Positions 21,301 through 29,068 of a stretch of 64,000 nucleotides of DNA are shown piece by piece. Made by a program: the position numbers and the translations under genes. Origin of the DNA: a virus. Lineage: Duplodnaviria > Caudoviricetes. The notes below the pieces were generated by a model, which did not search any database, was not told the DNA's origin, and was given only the letters and a program-made list of their open reading frames with translations. The stretch is taken from IMG/VR virus record IMGVR_UViG_3300025000_000055. The stretch is one strand, 5' to 3'. Positions within the stretch are counted from its first letter, which is position 1. Every line of letters starts with the position of its first letter.

Positions 21301-22198
21301 AAGAGCAAGATTGAAAAAATTTCTTGGTGATAATATGAGTATAAGTCAAAAAGTTCAAAATGAAATGGCTCTATCTCATATTAGAGATACGAACTTGGCT
21401 CCAGTATATAAATATGGTGTTGATACTAATAAGATAAAAGATCCAAGAACAATTGCATTTCTTGCTGATTTCGCTAATACCGGACCAGCTCTTATTAAAC
21501 CATTCTTAGAAAAATACAATCCAAATAACGGTGGAATGTCTGAATTTGAACATTTTTTAAATGAATTTAAAAATAAGAGTTATTGGGGTAATAAAGGAAT
21601 ATATGCTAATAGAATAAACAATACTTATTCTAAATTATCTGGATGGAAACCTGAATTTGGTGGTAATGGTGATTTTTGTTTATCATGTAATTCAAAATCA
21701 TTACCTGGGGGTTTTGGTGAAGATAATAGTATTATACTTAATAATAAAGTTAATTTAGAAAGATTTACTGGCGGACTAGGAGATTTAACAACATCTATCT
21801 CAAATAAATATAAAGGTGAAGCAATTAAGTATAACCGTAATATATTTGAAAGTGTAAATAGTGGAATGGGTGATTATATTAGTACTAGTAGTAATACACA
21901 AAGTTCAAATATATCAATGGATGAAATTGTTAATGTATTAAAGGAAATTGCAATAAATACCAATACAACGTCAAAAGGTATTTCTGAAATAGCTGCTAAA
22001 GAAATGACAGTTACTGTAAATAATAATCCCACTACAAGTGATACTGATCGAGTTAATAATATCAATGTAAATTCACAACAACATAAAAATACATTTGTTA
22101 GTCCATTCTTTCAATCTTTAAATGAAGGAAATGGTGTTGGTAATAATAAAGAACAACGTGATTATACTACAGCTAAAAAAATAGCTAGAGGTAGATGA
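12326..22198 (+). CDS. tape-measure-like virion protein (3290 aa) with C39-like peptidase and phage-tail-lysozyme-like domains
   Basis: Very long helical/Gly-rich protein with LPGGPIGGA repeats; YSQYDDRW..GCGPTSMAM..GGHFVV..INDP (C39-like); SVGILQWRG (lysozyme-like). Confidence 0.8.
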   Translation: MAIKNRTKIKTKSPTALSWFKNVGKSLGYTTTELIEEMIPAPIDFIKSNTETFKNFYNDLRQSKSLSKKLSDQIVKNEYINIGQTAIKNALKDIKSGKIYNKGRQEEIFNDDIDFEFGDDLNIDNDDYKVSSETMSDSSSSPTVNRVVVSSNINKNNPMVKAVERQTEALYNTTQASDKISISLATNHMMINRKLGEDLNRGLSAINDNLSLLVNFQSESMTRYISTTFKYYEESLNLFNNIHSEMKKGVSEEKIVKEKVDPMDSVFLSKGGLNISGYANLIKRQFGAAVDQDMILSQLKYMLSDKDQLKFLAASPISFLSTKIVSAFIPSMLKQTLTSMNKSFENFFPALLMKANRMIGSQNPILNFLGQVFGINVKQKSSVDLSQYEKGAVPFDGYTKKSITEVIPGYLRKILAALNGKEEVAFDYDNGVFKSMDSMQKDFQSTMNRSILSSFSDVISEIKDKANAFNIQNDEERKKFNKDLETFFLKLPGLNKLINPVRTKDRNGVNINELKDVHDFGSEEMNNFFRQLVLSLDKGDIQKMFGTDVLNARKNKEKIFNEAETNPLRYNAALVNNQLNFDDHIKRNKYNRGQFEVKKGFGVLSKTDQFNKIDLDYLRDIKEILLKGIKVFPITQLINPDGTITQPNFNYHERQLRRMETERRERDRKFKVKKQQDTEITPELERINRQQGRRILNRLSDSDISPEEMRDQIRIFDEQRRSDSERDRRQQSGWLSSFISGDMQTKYNLLREKVRDIFNTPAKLLNTVFKKIDDSMFKIIFGDEEGGGTTSFLSRTWALMQSKFQTMSEWFKDKIFTPIRESLFGPNGFITKLKDSDFFKGIKSNFGKLTDFLFGLKDSTGKRKGGIFSDTANNLLDIFDGAKYYFTGRAYINRSGVSFPSNNKSVFGELKSMFGGFKDTIKSYLFGRRSQDGNIQETGVLSSAVNSIKDGFQNFSDAIFGPRKIGGKDNKNYLIVGDLFKKFKERLPKALSFGILGAGSGLLMGGKLGLLGSLFLPGGPIGGAIVGTTVGFLSQSDRFKDWLFGPKDINNNHIGGFINKKTQEFFKKNKVGIIGGASLGALKSILGFGFLPSFFLPGGPIGGALFGASISMLASSEKFKKFMFGDLQADGNRLGGIAQKIFGKVDKTKAKKMFGNVSAGILGGASIGLITSKFGLLGAALLPGGPLGGALLGAAAGIALSSEKWKKMLFGEFDDETQLRKGGLLGKVINWTNLEVVQPIKIKLQEINLNVKEWFTRSIANPFLNAIDPIKHEIKLMIRSLKDNFVEGWTSFKIFIGDVFEKHVGMPFGKFMEDKVMKPLRGFMSKILGGIGRIVGSIVSAPFKGMEGLSRGLTKKHMQAGLDAYVEEGWNDLLDFKGRRQRGEKIGFFGGLKKFKDIYFNRQARDNARNSSQGAPYARQLEIDRQRREDEANVEFGAKREDIRKMWSAWKDRKRAGINNNYDNFSPDGKVVREQYLSPEERRVEQMTSNPINDTTYNINSRTGRRRRGRPNPKPVNDQSVIILPGSVQQGDTTIVDDVTNVINNRNGSRRRGKKSTTTSSINQPIINQQQTQDTSIIQPTISQSQQPTKKTSTRRIKSKDELIIQIAGDVRTIAKEVNGQLDGVGGNVYKIRKLIQSQQGISDEDLSGSSNRDRVGFFGKVRRMLYKPIDTIKEKVMGSIQFVTDKITSVGKKIFDFSKTILVTIPKQIFSTMYNIGSEILSIGKETFLTIVKLPGQLLNLFAQTTKIFAESLKMVVPAIGETLKGVAKLFSGAMGMVSEAMIGVGKGIGQVAFSIGEVIGSTLSAFTKSIMNIVPVVGDFLLTSSKMIMDFGFGIIKNVGSLLTSVTKSLFSIATSPLRFAADMLGRAVGVNRSEMYITGGIIDVVKKIGDTSSDFTQSPKSNRNNLFNNSDNIVIPVRVDGITSVRIVGLDKPVPVYFNMNTNQNQRRISSSNIPGLNNIGNNGNYLTSSLINALDIFDTQNDEEENNKQAEKDRQKELYQNQLQVSRKTSGFLIAQNTLRNEKEFTRNNEIRQTSLLQNIADTSKGHYDSWLSIFGVKGALTTALLLALPFLKDIIQWVKNNFPFGGSNSGIVDKALGLIEKNDTSRNDVDENGVATKKIINAQGRESYIKGSGILIRRNGPKILESLSKGKDKFVNSSIVKNISKYSSDLKNKFFSSGRTGVIDASFRVIDDTGRIVREVTVNDSNKIIQAIKNTFEKFFNNAFVREKLGSSASKIASKIIGVVTKVFNYKTIINHMGKLSKAFLRTGAIVFAAPVIITWDLATGAYEASRIFRVRNESVDEKMRIASSITKSLIGFFPVIDIISEIFNEQTGMSLKQYVATTIYSTLASSEELNKLELNKKVFEDDKNKYNEENGTELSLNAYNDRQNKTFFQKFISNPLSKTKDFLSKNWDDSKKQWNVGKNFALRTGHNIGTSLSKNWDSFKGGFSRGFNMMGNDISGAFFNTNERLKTIKNSLSKNWEDLQENSNKQWVNMKGFVSKSLTDTNNTLGKLFGYKDEEGNDVSFTEGFNIGFKGIIKGIRDSWKEIADGAKFYWDNTKAFTEKKWKELTEKLPKAFESLDNWLGELLGFKDKDGNNLSLSDYANNKISGIKKYFSKDGYNGSSSFFSGRGGNGNGGFGEEPNKLNNFKYYSQYDDRWGNSTYDLSSGHSVHPTISARGCGPTSMAMVVSQLTGKQYEPPQMAKLAQEGGYSTNDGTTWGYFDRVARDFSLNKETINPSNMLNYINKGMPVILSGKRDTYSLNESPFTPGGHFVVAVGRDDKGNVLINDPRGSKFSKPYDFNKITKEARQGWAFSYNGGVLPPNIVSSTNSNIISEQKQLSVMDLFTKMSEAFTIYNENVMLGTNKKLSWDDIEGTSNDFNVSISTSESSSLSNFIPKNLQEVILKKTLELSIGSESSGDYTSSNNDTNASTGRRISPSVGILQWRGNNAKSLMQRMYEQLPGNSEANYFANQVDWGNQNPWNDSQRARLKKFLGDNMSISQKVQNEMALSHIRDTNLAPVYKYGVDTNKIKDPRTIAFLADFANTGPALIKPFLEKYNPNNGGMSEFEHFLNEFKNKSYWGNKGIYANRINNTYSKLSGWKPEFGGNGDFCLSCNSKSLPGGFGEDNSIILNNKVNLERFTGGLGDLTTSISNKYKGEAIKYNRNIFESVNSGMGDYISTSSNTQSSNISMDEIVNVLKEIAINTNTTSKGISEIAAKEMTVTVNNNPTTSDTDRVNNINVNSQQHKNTFVSPFFQSLNEGNGVGNNKEQRDYTTAKKIARGR

Positions 22199-22224
22199 TT
22201 TAACAGTTAATTAAAATCAAAACC

Positions 22225-22275
22225 AAAAAAACATAATGGTAAGATATAAAATTTATATCTTCCATTATGTTTTTT
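22225..22275 (+). terminator. long hairpin terminator with a nested AACA-N6-TA promoter (22230-22241)
   Basis: AAAAAACATAATGG...CCATTATGTTTTTT stem. Confidence 0.65.
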
Positions 22276-22303
22276 ATTTATAAATATAGAGGGGGTTAAT
22301 ACT

Positions 22304-24055
22304 ATGAAGCAGGAAGTTAGAGTAGTTACTAAATCAAATTTAAATATACGTTCCGCAGCAGGAACAACAAATCCAGTAGTTGGTTCATTATCTCCGGGTT
22401 CAATAGTTATTGTGATAGGTATAGTTGATATTGGTAATCAAACATGGTATAAATTAGAAGATGGTAGGGGTTGGGTTTGTGGATATAACCCAGGTGGTGG
22501 AGGTAGTGGTATATATCTTGAATTAATTAGAGACTTAGAGGCACCAGTTCCTCAACCATCTCCAACTCCTACTGATTCATCTACTACAACTGATAGTACC
22601 AATGATACTGAAGATAGTTTGGGTTTAGATGAAACAATAATCACAATGTTATATAATCAGCAAGCAAATATCAGTAAAAAAATTTCAGCATCAACTAGAT
22701 TATTTGGTTGTCCTTTTCAATTTATTAAACAAACCGACTTTAGAATTAATGATAATGGTTTAGATTTAGGTAGAAAGTATTTAGAAAATATAATTGCTGA
22801 ATCCCCAATTGTTTTTTTTACACCAGGGAGACCTAATTATTTACCAAATGTTTCACAAACACAAAAAGATGCTTTAAATAGCTTTTTTACTAAGATGCAA
22901 ACTGATGAAAGTTCTAAAAGTTTGTTAAATGATATAACTAATAGTACTGATGTTCGTTATTTTGATTTTATTAATGATTTTGCTGAGTATATGAGATATG
23001 TTAATTTGTTATGTAGAATGTGTGCTATTTATTTAGGTATTGAAAATAAAAAAGCTTTTGGTACAAATACAACTTATAAATATTATGATTGGACCGATTA
23101 TAAATATAAAACAGGATATGTTTCTAAAAATAAAGAAGGTTCTAATAAATCTGTATTTTCTTTAGAAGTAACGGATGATGTCAAAGAGTTATTTTTCGGT
23201 AACTTTAACTATATACAATTCTATGTGGAACCAAATACTTCATTCAGTGAATCCATGGGGGCTAATACAACTAGTTCTAAATTACAATCAATGTTTGAAA
23301 CAGGGGAGGGTTTAATGAAAGAACTCTCATTTTTAACTAATACGGCAGCTTTATCAGGTGTTGATGAAGCAACTAAATCTTTTGGTGTTAATATGGAGGA
23401 AATAAGTAAAAAAATGATTAATAATAATGGTGAGGGTTTTTTTTCTAGATTATTAGGAATGTCTTCAGCTGTTCTTAAAGGTTCAAATATTTTATTTCCA
23501 GAACTTTGGCAGGACTCCCATTATAATAAATCGTATAATGTAACAATTAATTTAGTTTCACCATATGGTGATAAAGAAAGTTTATATTTAAATATTTTAG
23601 TACCATTAATGCATATTTTAACTTTAGGTTTACCACGTCAATCCACAGCTAATAGTTTTGCTCATCCATTTTTAGTTAAAGCTTTTAGTAAAGGTTGGTT
23701 TTCATGTGAAATGGGGATAATTGATTCTATTCAAATTGATAAAGGTGGTAGTGGAGATGCATGGACTGTTGATGGTTTACCATCTGAAATGAAAATTACT
23801 ATTGGGGTAAAAGACCTTTACTCTAATTTAATGATAACACCTACAACTAAACCAGCTTTATTTTTTGAAAACCAAGGAATGATAGATTTTTTAGCTGTAA
23901 TGTGCGGTATAGATTTAACTAAGCCAAACTTTTTAATTAAATTAGAATCTATGTTTTCAGTATTTTTTGGTAAAGTTGTAAATTTACCTAAAGAAGCTTT
24001 TAATGATGTTATTCAAAGTCTTAGAGAAAAGATTTTACCACTATTCCGTATTTAA
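22304..24055 (+). CDS. SH3b-domain virion/baseplate-type structural protein (583 aa)
   Basis: N-terminal LNIRSAAG..WYKLEDGRGWV (SH3b); C-terminal GIIDSIQIDKG..VDGLPSEMKITI resembles tail-tube/baseplate folds; gene context. Confidence 0.65.
   Translation: MKQEVRVVTKSNLNIRSAAGTTNPVVGSLSPGSIVIVIGIVDIGNQTWYKLEDGRGWVCGYNPGGGGSGIYLELIRDLEAPVPQPSPTPTDSSTTTDSTNDTEDSLGLDETIITMLYNQQANISKKISASTRLFGCPFQFIKQTDFRINDNGLDLGRKYLENIIAESPIVFFTPGRPNYLPNVSQTQKDALNSFFTKMQTDESSKSLLNDITNSTDVRYFDFINDFAEYMRYVNLLCRMCAIYLGIENKKAFGTNTTYKYYDWTDYKYKTGYVSKNKEGSNKSVFSLEVTDDVKELFFGNFNYIQFYVEPNTSFSESMGANTTSSKLQSMFETGEGLMKELSFLTNTAALSGVDEATKSFGVNMEEISKKMINNNGEGFFSRLLGMSSAVLKGSNILFPELWQDSHYNKSYNVTINLVSPYGDKESLYLNILVPLMHILTLGLPRQSTANSFAHPFLVKAFSKGWFSCEMGIIDSIQIDKGGSGDAWTVDGLPSEMKITIGVKDLYSNLMITPTTKPALFFENQGMIDFLAVMCGIDLTKPNFLIKLESMFSVFFGKVVNLPKEAFNDVIQSLREKILPLFRI
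22337..22522 (+). repeat. SH3b-coding repeat, copy A (inverted relative to 30262-30447)
   Basis: 186 bp; the segment 22418-22522 matches copy B at 104/105 nt. Confidence 0.9.
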
Positions 24056-24081
24056 TAATTTTAATTAGGAGATAATTAATA

Positions 24082-24738
24082 ATGAAAAAAAAGATAAAAG
24101 AATATTTAACTAAATATGGTTCAATACCAAAAGATTTTAATGAAAGATTTTTATATCTTATTAAAGAATTAAGAATATCAATAAATGATATAGAAACTAT
24201 AAAGAAGAAAATAGTTAAAATTATTAATGCTAAATGGAATTCAATAGATTTAATATTTTATTTTTACCCAAAAGCAACACCGAGAGCCAGATACACAAAT
24301 TTTACTAAAACTTTTTATGTTAAAGATGCCTTTAATTATAGTAATTTATTTAAAGAATTTATAGAACAAACAGAAGAATTAAAGGACTTAATATCAACAC
24401 CTTGTAGATTTTATTGTGATTTATTTTTACCTACACCATCTCAAATGACAAAAATAGAAAAGGTGTTATCTGAATTAAAATTATTATATGCAGTACCTAA
24501 ACCCGATTGGGATAATGCGGGTAAAACCTATTCAGATATGGTGCAGACACATCTAATAATAGAAGATTGTCTTATAGTTGATGGGCGAGTTAGAAAATTT
24601 TATTCATGTAAACCAAGAATAGAAATACATATAGAATATATGGATAAATATGACTGTTTATTTAATAAGAAAAAAATAGAAAAATGGAAAGTATATACTG
24701 ATAACAAAGAGAAAATAATAAAAAAAGATATTATTTAA
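24082..24738 (+). CDS. rusA: RusA-like Holliday junction resolvase
   Basis: PRAR...KPDWDNAGKTYSD...EDCLIV...K.YS.KPRIEI. Confidence 0.8.
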   Translation: MKKKIKEYLTKYGSIPKDFNERFLYLIKELRISINDIETIKKKIVKIINAKWNSIDLIFYFYPKATPRARYTNFTKTFYVKDAFNYSNLFKEFIEQTEELKDLISTPCRFYCDLFLPTPSQMTKIEKVLSELKLLYAVPKPDWDNAGKTYSDMVQTHLIIEDCLIVDGRVRKFYSCKPRIEIHIEYMDKYDCLFNKKKIEKWKVYTDNKEKIIKKDII

Positions 24739-24814
24739 TAAACCCTAAATAAAAATTAATTTTTTTATAAACAACCAATTAGATGAATAAATTAAGAAAA
24801 GGGGATGACAAAAA

Positions 24815-25153
24815 ATGAATATAACATCATTGGCCTTTATAGACGATGATAATGTAACAGGCCATATAAAATCAGAATTAAGAAAAATAAAACAAAATAA
24901 AAAAATTATTAACACAAATAATATTTTAGACAATTTATTTACTGTGTTAAATCAAAAGTATCAACAAAATATACAGAGAACTGAATATGGTATTTTAATA
25001 AAATTGAATAATATTATTAAAACTAATGATATTATTCAAGAAATAAGATACAATATTATATCTATTATTAAAATAGATATAAATATAGACCTTTTATTTA
25101 AATTTATAATTGAAAATAAAGTCATTAGAATTAAAATAAAACGAAATGTATAA
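24815..25153 (+). CDS. hypothetical protein (112 aa)
   Basis: AAGGGG SD, ORF. Confidence 0.65.
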   Translation: MNITSLAFIDDDNVTGHIKSELRKIKQNKKIINTNNILDNLFTVLNQKYQQNIQRTEYGILIKLNNIIKTNDIIQEIRYNIISIIKIDINIDLLFKFIIENKVIRIKIKRNV

Positions 25154-25184
25154 TAGATAGTATTAATACTATCTATTATACATT
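25145..25184. terminator. 40-bp perfect palindrome between convergent genes
   Basis: AATGTATAATAGATAGTATT|AATACTATCTATTATACATT. Confidence 0.75.
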
Positions 25185-25192
25185 CTTTTTTG

Positions 25193-26368
25193 TTAATGAA
25201 TTAATTTTTCAGAAATTTTACGAACTGTGTCATGTGAATATTGCTCAAGCTGGATTGTATATAATAATTCCATTAATGTATATTTAGTAATAGCTTCGGC
25301 TAAAACTAAATCCATATTAATATCATATTCTTCATCTTTTATAAATCCCTCATCGGGCTTAGTTTGATTAACCTCCTCATCAAGATTATACTCTCCATTA
25401 GAGACATCTTTAGAAGTAGTTCTAACTTTAAAATCATTATATCGCCGCTTATCTTCTCTCTCCTGTTCAGTGAATCCAGGTATTAAACTAGCAATTGACT
25501 CTAAGACCTCTTTATATGAATGTCGTAATAGAGCATTGAATAAAGTTGTTTCTTCAATGGGACTCTTATTTATTATAATTTTATTTAATGTTTCTTTAAC
25601 ATTATTATCATCTGGATTATCATTATCTCCAAGTTTATCACTAATATCATCTTCAATATCTTTAATTAAATTTTCCTCTTTTTCCTGTCGTGCTTTTTCA
25701 TCTTGTACAACAGTTAATACCTTGTTTTTAACTAAATCAGATAATTCATCAATACCTAATTTAGTTTTATTTAAATCAAATGTTTCTTTTTCATCATCAT
25801 TTAATTCAAAGTTTAAAATATTCAAATCGTTTTCTTTATCAACACTATTACCACATTCTTTAATCTTTCTTTTACATGTTCTTTTAGTTGTAGTTTCACA
25901 TAGAACCTGTATTGATTTTAATATAGGTGAATTAGTTCTATTAATTGAACTCTCAAGTAATTTATATCCACCATTATCATTAATATATTTATCAGTTACA
26001 TATTTAAGATTTTCGTAATTTTCCATAATAAAACTTTCATCTATATAAAGTGATTTTCTAAACATCTCAAATATGATATCTTTAAAAATTATATCTTTAC
26101 CAGTATGACTAATTGAATCAATTCTGTTTAGAATTTGTGACTCAAGAAGTTGTCTTTTAACAATAGGTTCATAGGATTTTTTTTTATTATACAATTCTTC
26201 TGATTTTTTAGCACTGTCATCAATAATATCACAATGCTCACGGATAATTCGATTTTCTAAAAAATTAAAAATACTTATACTATTAGCTTTTTTAGAAGCA
26301 TCAGAAATTTCCTTAATGCCAGTGGAAAAAGGTTCTATTTGTCTTTCAGTTTTATTAAAAATACTCAT
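25193..26368 (-). CDS. probable virion structural protein (391 aa)
   Basis: Late-type promoter at 26406-26417; MSIFN start like the head paralogs; LLES/VLES motifs. Confidence 0.6.
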   Translation of the reverse strand: MSIFNKTERQIEPFSTGIKEISDASKKANSISIFNFLENRIIREHCDIIDDSAKKSEELYNKKKSYEPIVKRQLLESQILNRIDSISHTGKDIIFKDIIFEMFRKSLYIDESFIMENYENLKYVTDKYINDNGGYKLLESSINRTNSPILKSIQVLCETTTKRTCKRKIKECGNSVDKENDLNILNFELNDDEKETFDLNKTKLGIDELSDLVKNKVLTVVQDEKARQEKEENLIKDIEDDISDKLGDNDNPDDNNVKETLNKIIINKSPIEETTLFNALLRHSYKEVLESIASLIPGFTEQEREDKRRYNDFKVRTTSKDVSNGEYNLDEEVNQTKPDEGFIKDEEYDINMDLVLAEAITKYTLMELLYTIQLEQYSHDTVRKISEKLIH

Positions 26369-26405
26369 AATTTCATTCTCCCTTCAAAAATACCCGTTGG
26401 TTTTT

Positions 26406-26417
26406 TATTATATTGTT
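26406..26417 (-). promoter_or_regulatory. late-type promoter AACA-N6-TA
   Basis: AACAATATAATA on the minus strand. Confidence 0.55.
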
Positions 26418-26425
26418 TTTAGTAT

Positions 26426-29068
26426 CTATATTATTTCTATAATTATATCATCAATATTAATGGTTAAATATTCAGGTATATAATTTTTTTGTTCTTCTTT
26501 AGTTAAAGTTGTTATATCAACTGCCCTATTCTCTATGACTTGTATTGATGAATCATAGTCATTTATTTTAACAAATTTAAGGTAATTAACTTCACTTATA
26601 TTTGTTTTAATTGCTGTAATTAAATTAGATACATAGAATGAATTATTTCCTTTAATATTTATATTTTCAATATAACTCTTAATATATAATTTTAATTTTT
26701 GTATTAAAGTTTCCTCATCATTATTAATAATTGGTTTTACTTTAAACCAAATTTTACAATTAACCTTATCTAATAATTCTTGTTCCTCTCCCACTATAAA
26801 GTTTTTAGAATATCCATATGTGTTATAAAATTTAATATCAATTGAATAATTATTGGTAACTAGATTAACCACATCTTCCATATTTTTATAATTCAAAAAT
26901 AATTTATTTATAAAATCATTATATTTGTCATTATTTTTCATTGTTTCTGCTTTTACAAAAGGAAAAAAATTTAAAAGTATATAATAATTTAATTCATCAA
27001 TTTGAACATATTTTATTTTACTTGTAATTAAATTTAATGGTTTTATAAAATCAATTTTTTCATCTATTGTAGAATACATATTTGTTAAGGTAAAGTTTTG
27101 TAAATCAGTAATATAATTAAATTTATGAGTGATATTACTATCAGAATATTTATAAAATACATAAATATTTATAATTGATTTACTCATAGGAATCAATTTT
27201 ATTCCCTGTTCACTAGTTAATATATCCTTAACATTAATAACTCTTATTTTTTCATCTAATGTTATATAATCATCTGTTTGTAATAACGAATCAAATGTAA
27301 ATAGATTTAATTCTTCGTCATAATTACTTAAATTAAAATCAATATAGCATGTTTCACTTCCATCCATAAAAACCCCTATTACTTTAATAACTAGAGAGGC
27401 TGCTGTAATAATATCAGTAAATTCATCGGTAACTATATTTAAATCAAAAGTTGGTGTTATATTAATAGATAATTTATAATAATCTTCTCCGATTAAAGCG
27501 TTTCTACTGATATTTAAATTACTACAAATAAATTGAACAATCGAATTACTATTAACATAACTAAAATCTAATTGTAACGTTTTTAATATAGAATTTAAAA
27601 AAAATCCTACTATAGCTGGGCTTTTTGTCATTGTTATTAAGAACGGATTAGTATAAATAAAATCATATTGTAAAAGTGTTAAATCACTATTAACCGTTAA
27701 TGATGGGATTATTTCTCCTGTATCTATACTATCATTAACATATTTAAATAAGTGACCGGGTTTTAATATAAACCTTCCGGATTGCTCATATTCTAAATCA
27801 AAATCAGATGGGTTTAATTTTAAATGTATAGAATTTGTACTGTATATATTTCCATCAGTTTCTTTACATAATATAAATGACCCAAATAATCTTTCTAACA
27901 TATCATTTCTTTTTTTAATAAATAACATTTGTGAATCATATTTATATTTTAAATTATCAAAATATATTTGTAGATCATTTTCATTACTATATGATTCTAC
28001 AGTAGAAAATTTTTCAACTGTCTTTGCCTGTAAATCATCTTTTGACAATGTATCTAAACCTAATTTACTTTCAGTTTGTGCAATAGCAAATAGGATTATA
28101 TTTTTATTATATTCATATATGTTAGAACTAGGTGTTATTAAAATATTATTACCTTCATATAAAGGAAAATTACCTTTACTCCCAATAGTATTATATACAT
28201 AAATTAATAATTCTGAATTAAATTTTGGTTGAAAATAATAATCTAATGGTGTGAATGATATATTAATTTGCCCATCATCTTTAAAAGAATAATAACAAAA
28301 AGGGTCTTTTAAAGGAGATGTATTAATTAATTTTTTTTGCATTTGAATATATTCACTAGAATCTGGAGCTTTATAAAATATTTCAAAATTTGCTAAATAA
28401 TCATTAAATTCTATTGGAATTGTTGGATAGTTTATTTTATCATTAGTTATAATATGCTCATTTTTAATAAATTTATTTATCTGTCTAACTTTAACTAATA
28501 AACCTAAATACTTACTATTATTATAATTAATTCTTTTTATTTTAATATAAGGATTATTAATATCACTGATTGTATTATTGAAATTTAAATTATAAGATGC
28601 TACATAAATATATTCACCAAGCTGTTTTGTAGCAGTAATTTTAATATCATAGTCTAACATAAATTGAATACCTTCAACATCTATAATCATATTTGAATCT
28701 AAGATAAATTCAATAAATGAACCCTTATTAGTTCCCAATCTAATAATATCATCTTCATTTACAAATATTATCAATCCCATTTGTGATGGTGTTGCAAAAA
28801 TATTATCTATTTGGAACATAGATGCGTAATTATATATTGATTCTGGTAGATTTGCTCTATTTGGGAATATTTCTGGTATAAGTGTAGTTATAGTATTAAA
28901 ACTATCTTCACCAATTGTACTTATCATTTCAGTAGTATAACCTAGTAACCCTATATTAAGTTGATTAACATCATCGGTATCAAAATATTTTTTAATTAGA
29001 CTAAGGGAAAAATCTTTTATTGAATAACTACTACTATAATCTCTGGTATTTTGAACCACTTTTATCAC
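26426..29068 (-). CDS. baseplate wedge protein (T4 gp6-like)
   Basis: N-terminal DFS..LIKKYF..LLGYTTEM..EIFPNRANLPESIYNYA; length 880 aa; context. Confidence 0.65.
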   Translation of the reverse strand: MIKVVQNTRDYSSSYSIKDFSLSLIKKYFDTDDVNQLNIGLLGYTTEMISTIGEDSFNTITTLIPEIFPNRANLPESIYNYASMFQIDNIFATPSQMGLIIFVNEDDIIRLGTNKGSFIEFILDSNMIIDVEGIQFMLDYDIKITATKQLGEYIYVASYNLNFNNTISDINNPYIKIKRINYNNSKYLGLLVKVRQINKFIKNEHIITNDKINYPTIPIEFNDYLANFEIFYKAPDSSEYIQMQKKLINTSPLKDPFCYYSFKDDGQINISFTPLDYYFQPKFNSELLIYVYNTIGSKGNFPLYEGNNILITPSSNIYEYNKNIILFAIAQTESKLGLDTLSKDDLQAKTVEKFSTVESYSNENDLQIYFDNLKYKYDSQMLFIKKRNDMLERLFGSFILCKETDGNIYSTNSIHLKLNPSDFDLEYEQSGRFILKPGHLFKYVNDSIDTGEIIPSLTVNSDLTLLQYDFIYTNPFLITMTKSPAIVGFFLNSILKTLQLDFSYVNSNSIVQFICSNLNISRNALIGEDYYKLSINITPTFDLNIVTDEFTDIITAASLVIKVIGVFMDGSETCYIDFNLSNYDEELNLFTFDSLLQTDDYITLDEKIRVINVKDILTSEQGIKLIPMSKSIINIYVFYKYSDSNITHKFNYITDLQNFTLTNMYSTIDEKIDFIKPLNLITSKIKYVQIDELNYYILLNFFPFVKAETMKNNDKYNDFINKLFLNYKNMEDVVNLVTNNYSIDIKFYNTYGYSKNFIVGEEQELLDKVNCKIWFKVKPIINNDEETLIQKLKLYIKSYIENINIKGNNSFYVSNLITAIKTNISEVNYLKFVKINDYDSSIQVIENRAVDITTLTKEEQKNYIPEYLTINIDDIIIEII

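Noticed and set aside
14278-22065. Several antisense or out-of-frame ORFs inside the tape-measure gene
   Set aside because: Typical shadow ORFs (Ser/Leu/Ile-rich) with no expression signals
24082-24738. RusA inside the baseplate module as a novelty
   Set aside because: Resolvases are common in late regions of large phages; nothing unusual beyond position
25470-26018. 182-aa plus-strand ORF, and similar ones opposite the 33-38 kb genes
   Set aside because: Entirely antisense to well-formed genes; explained by codon bias
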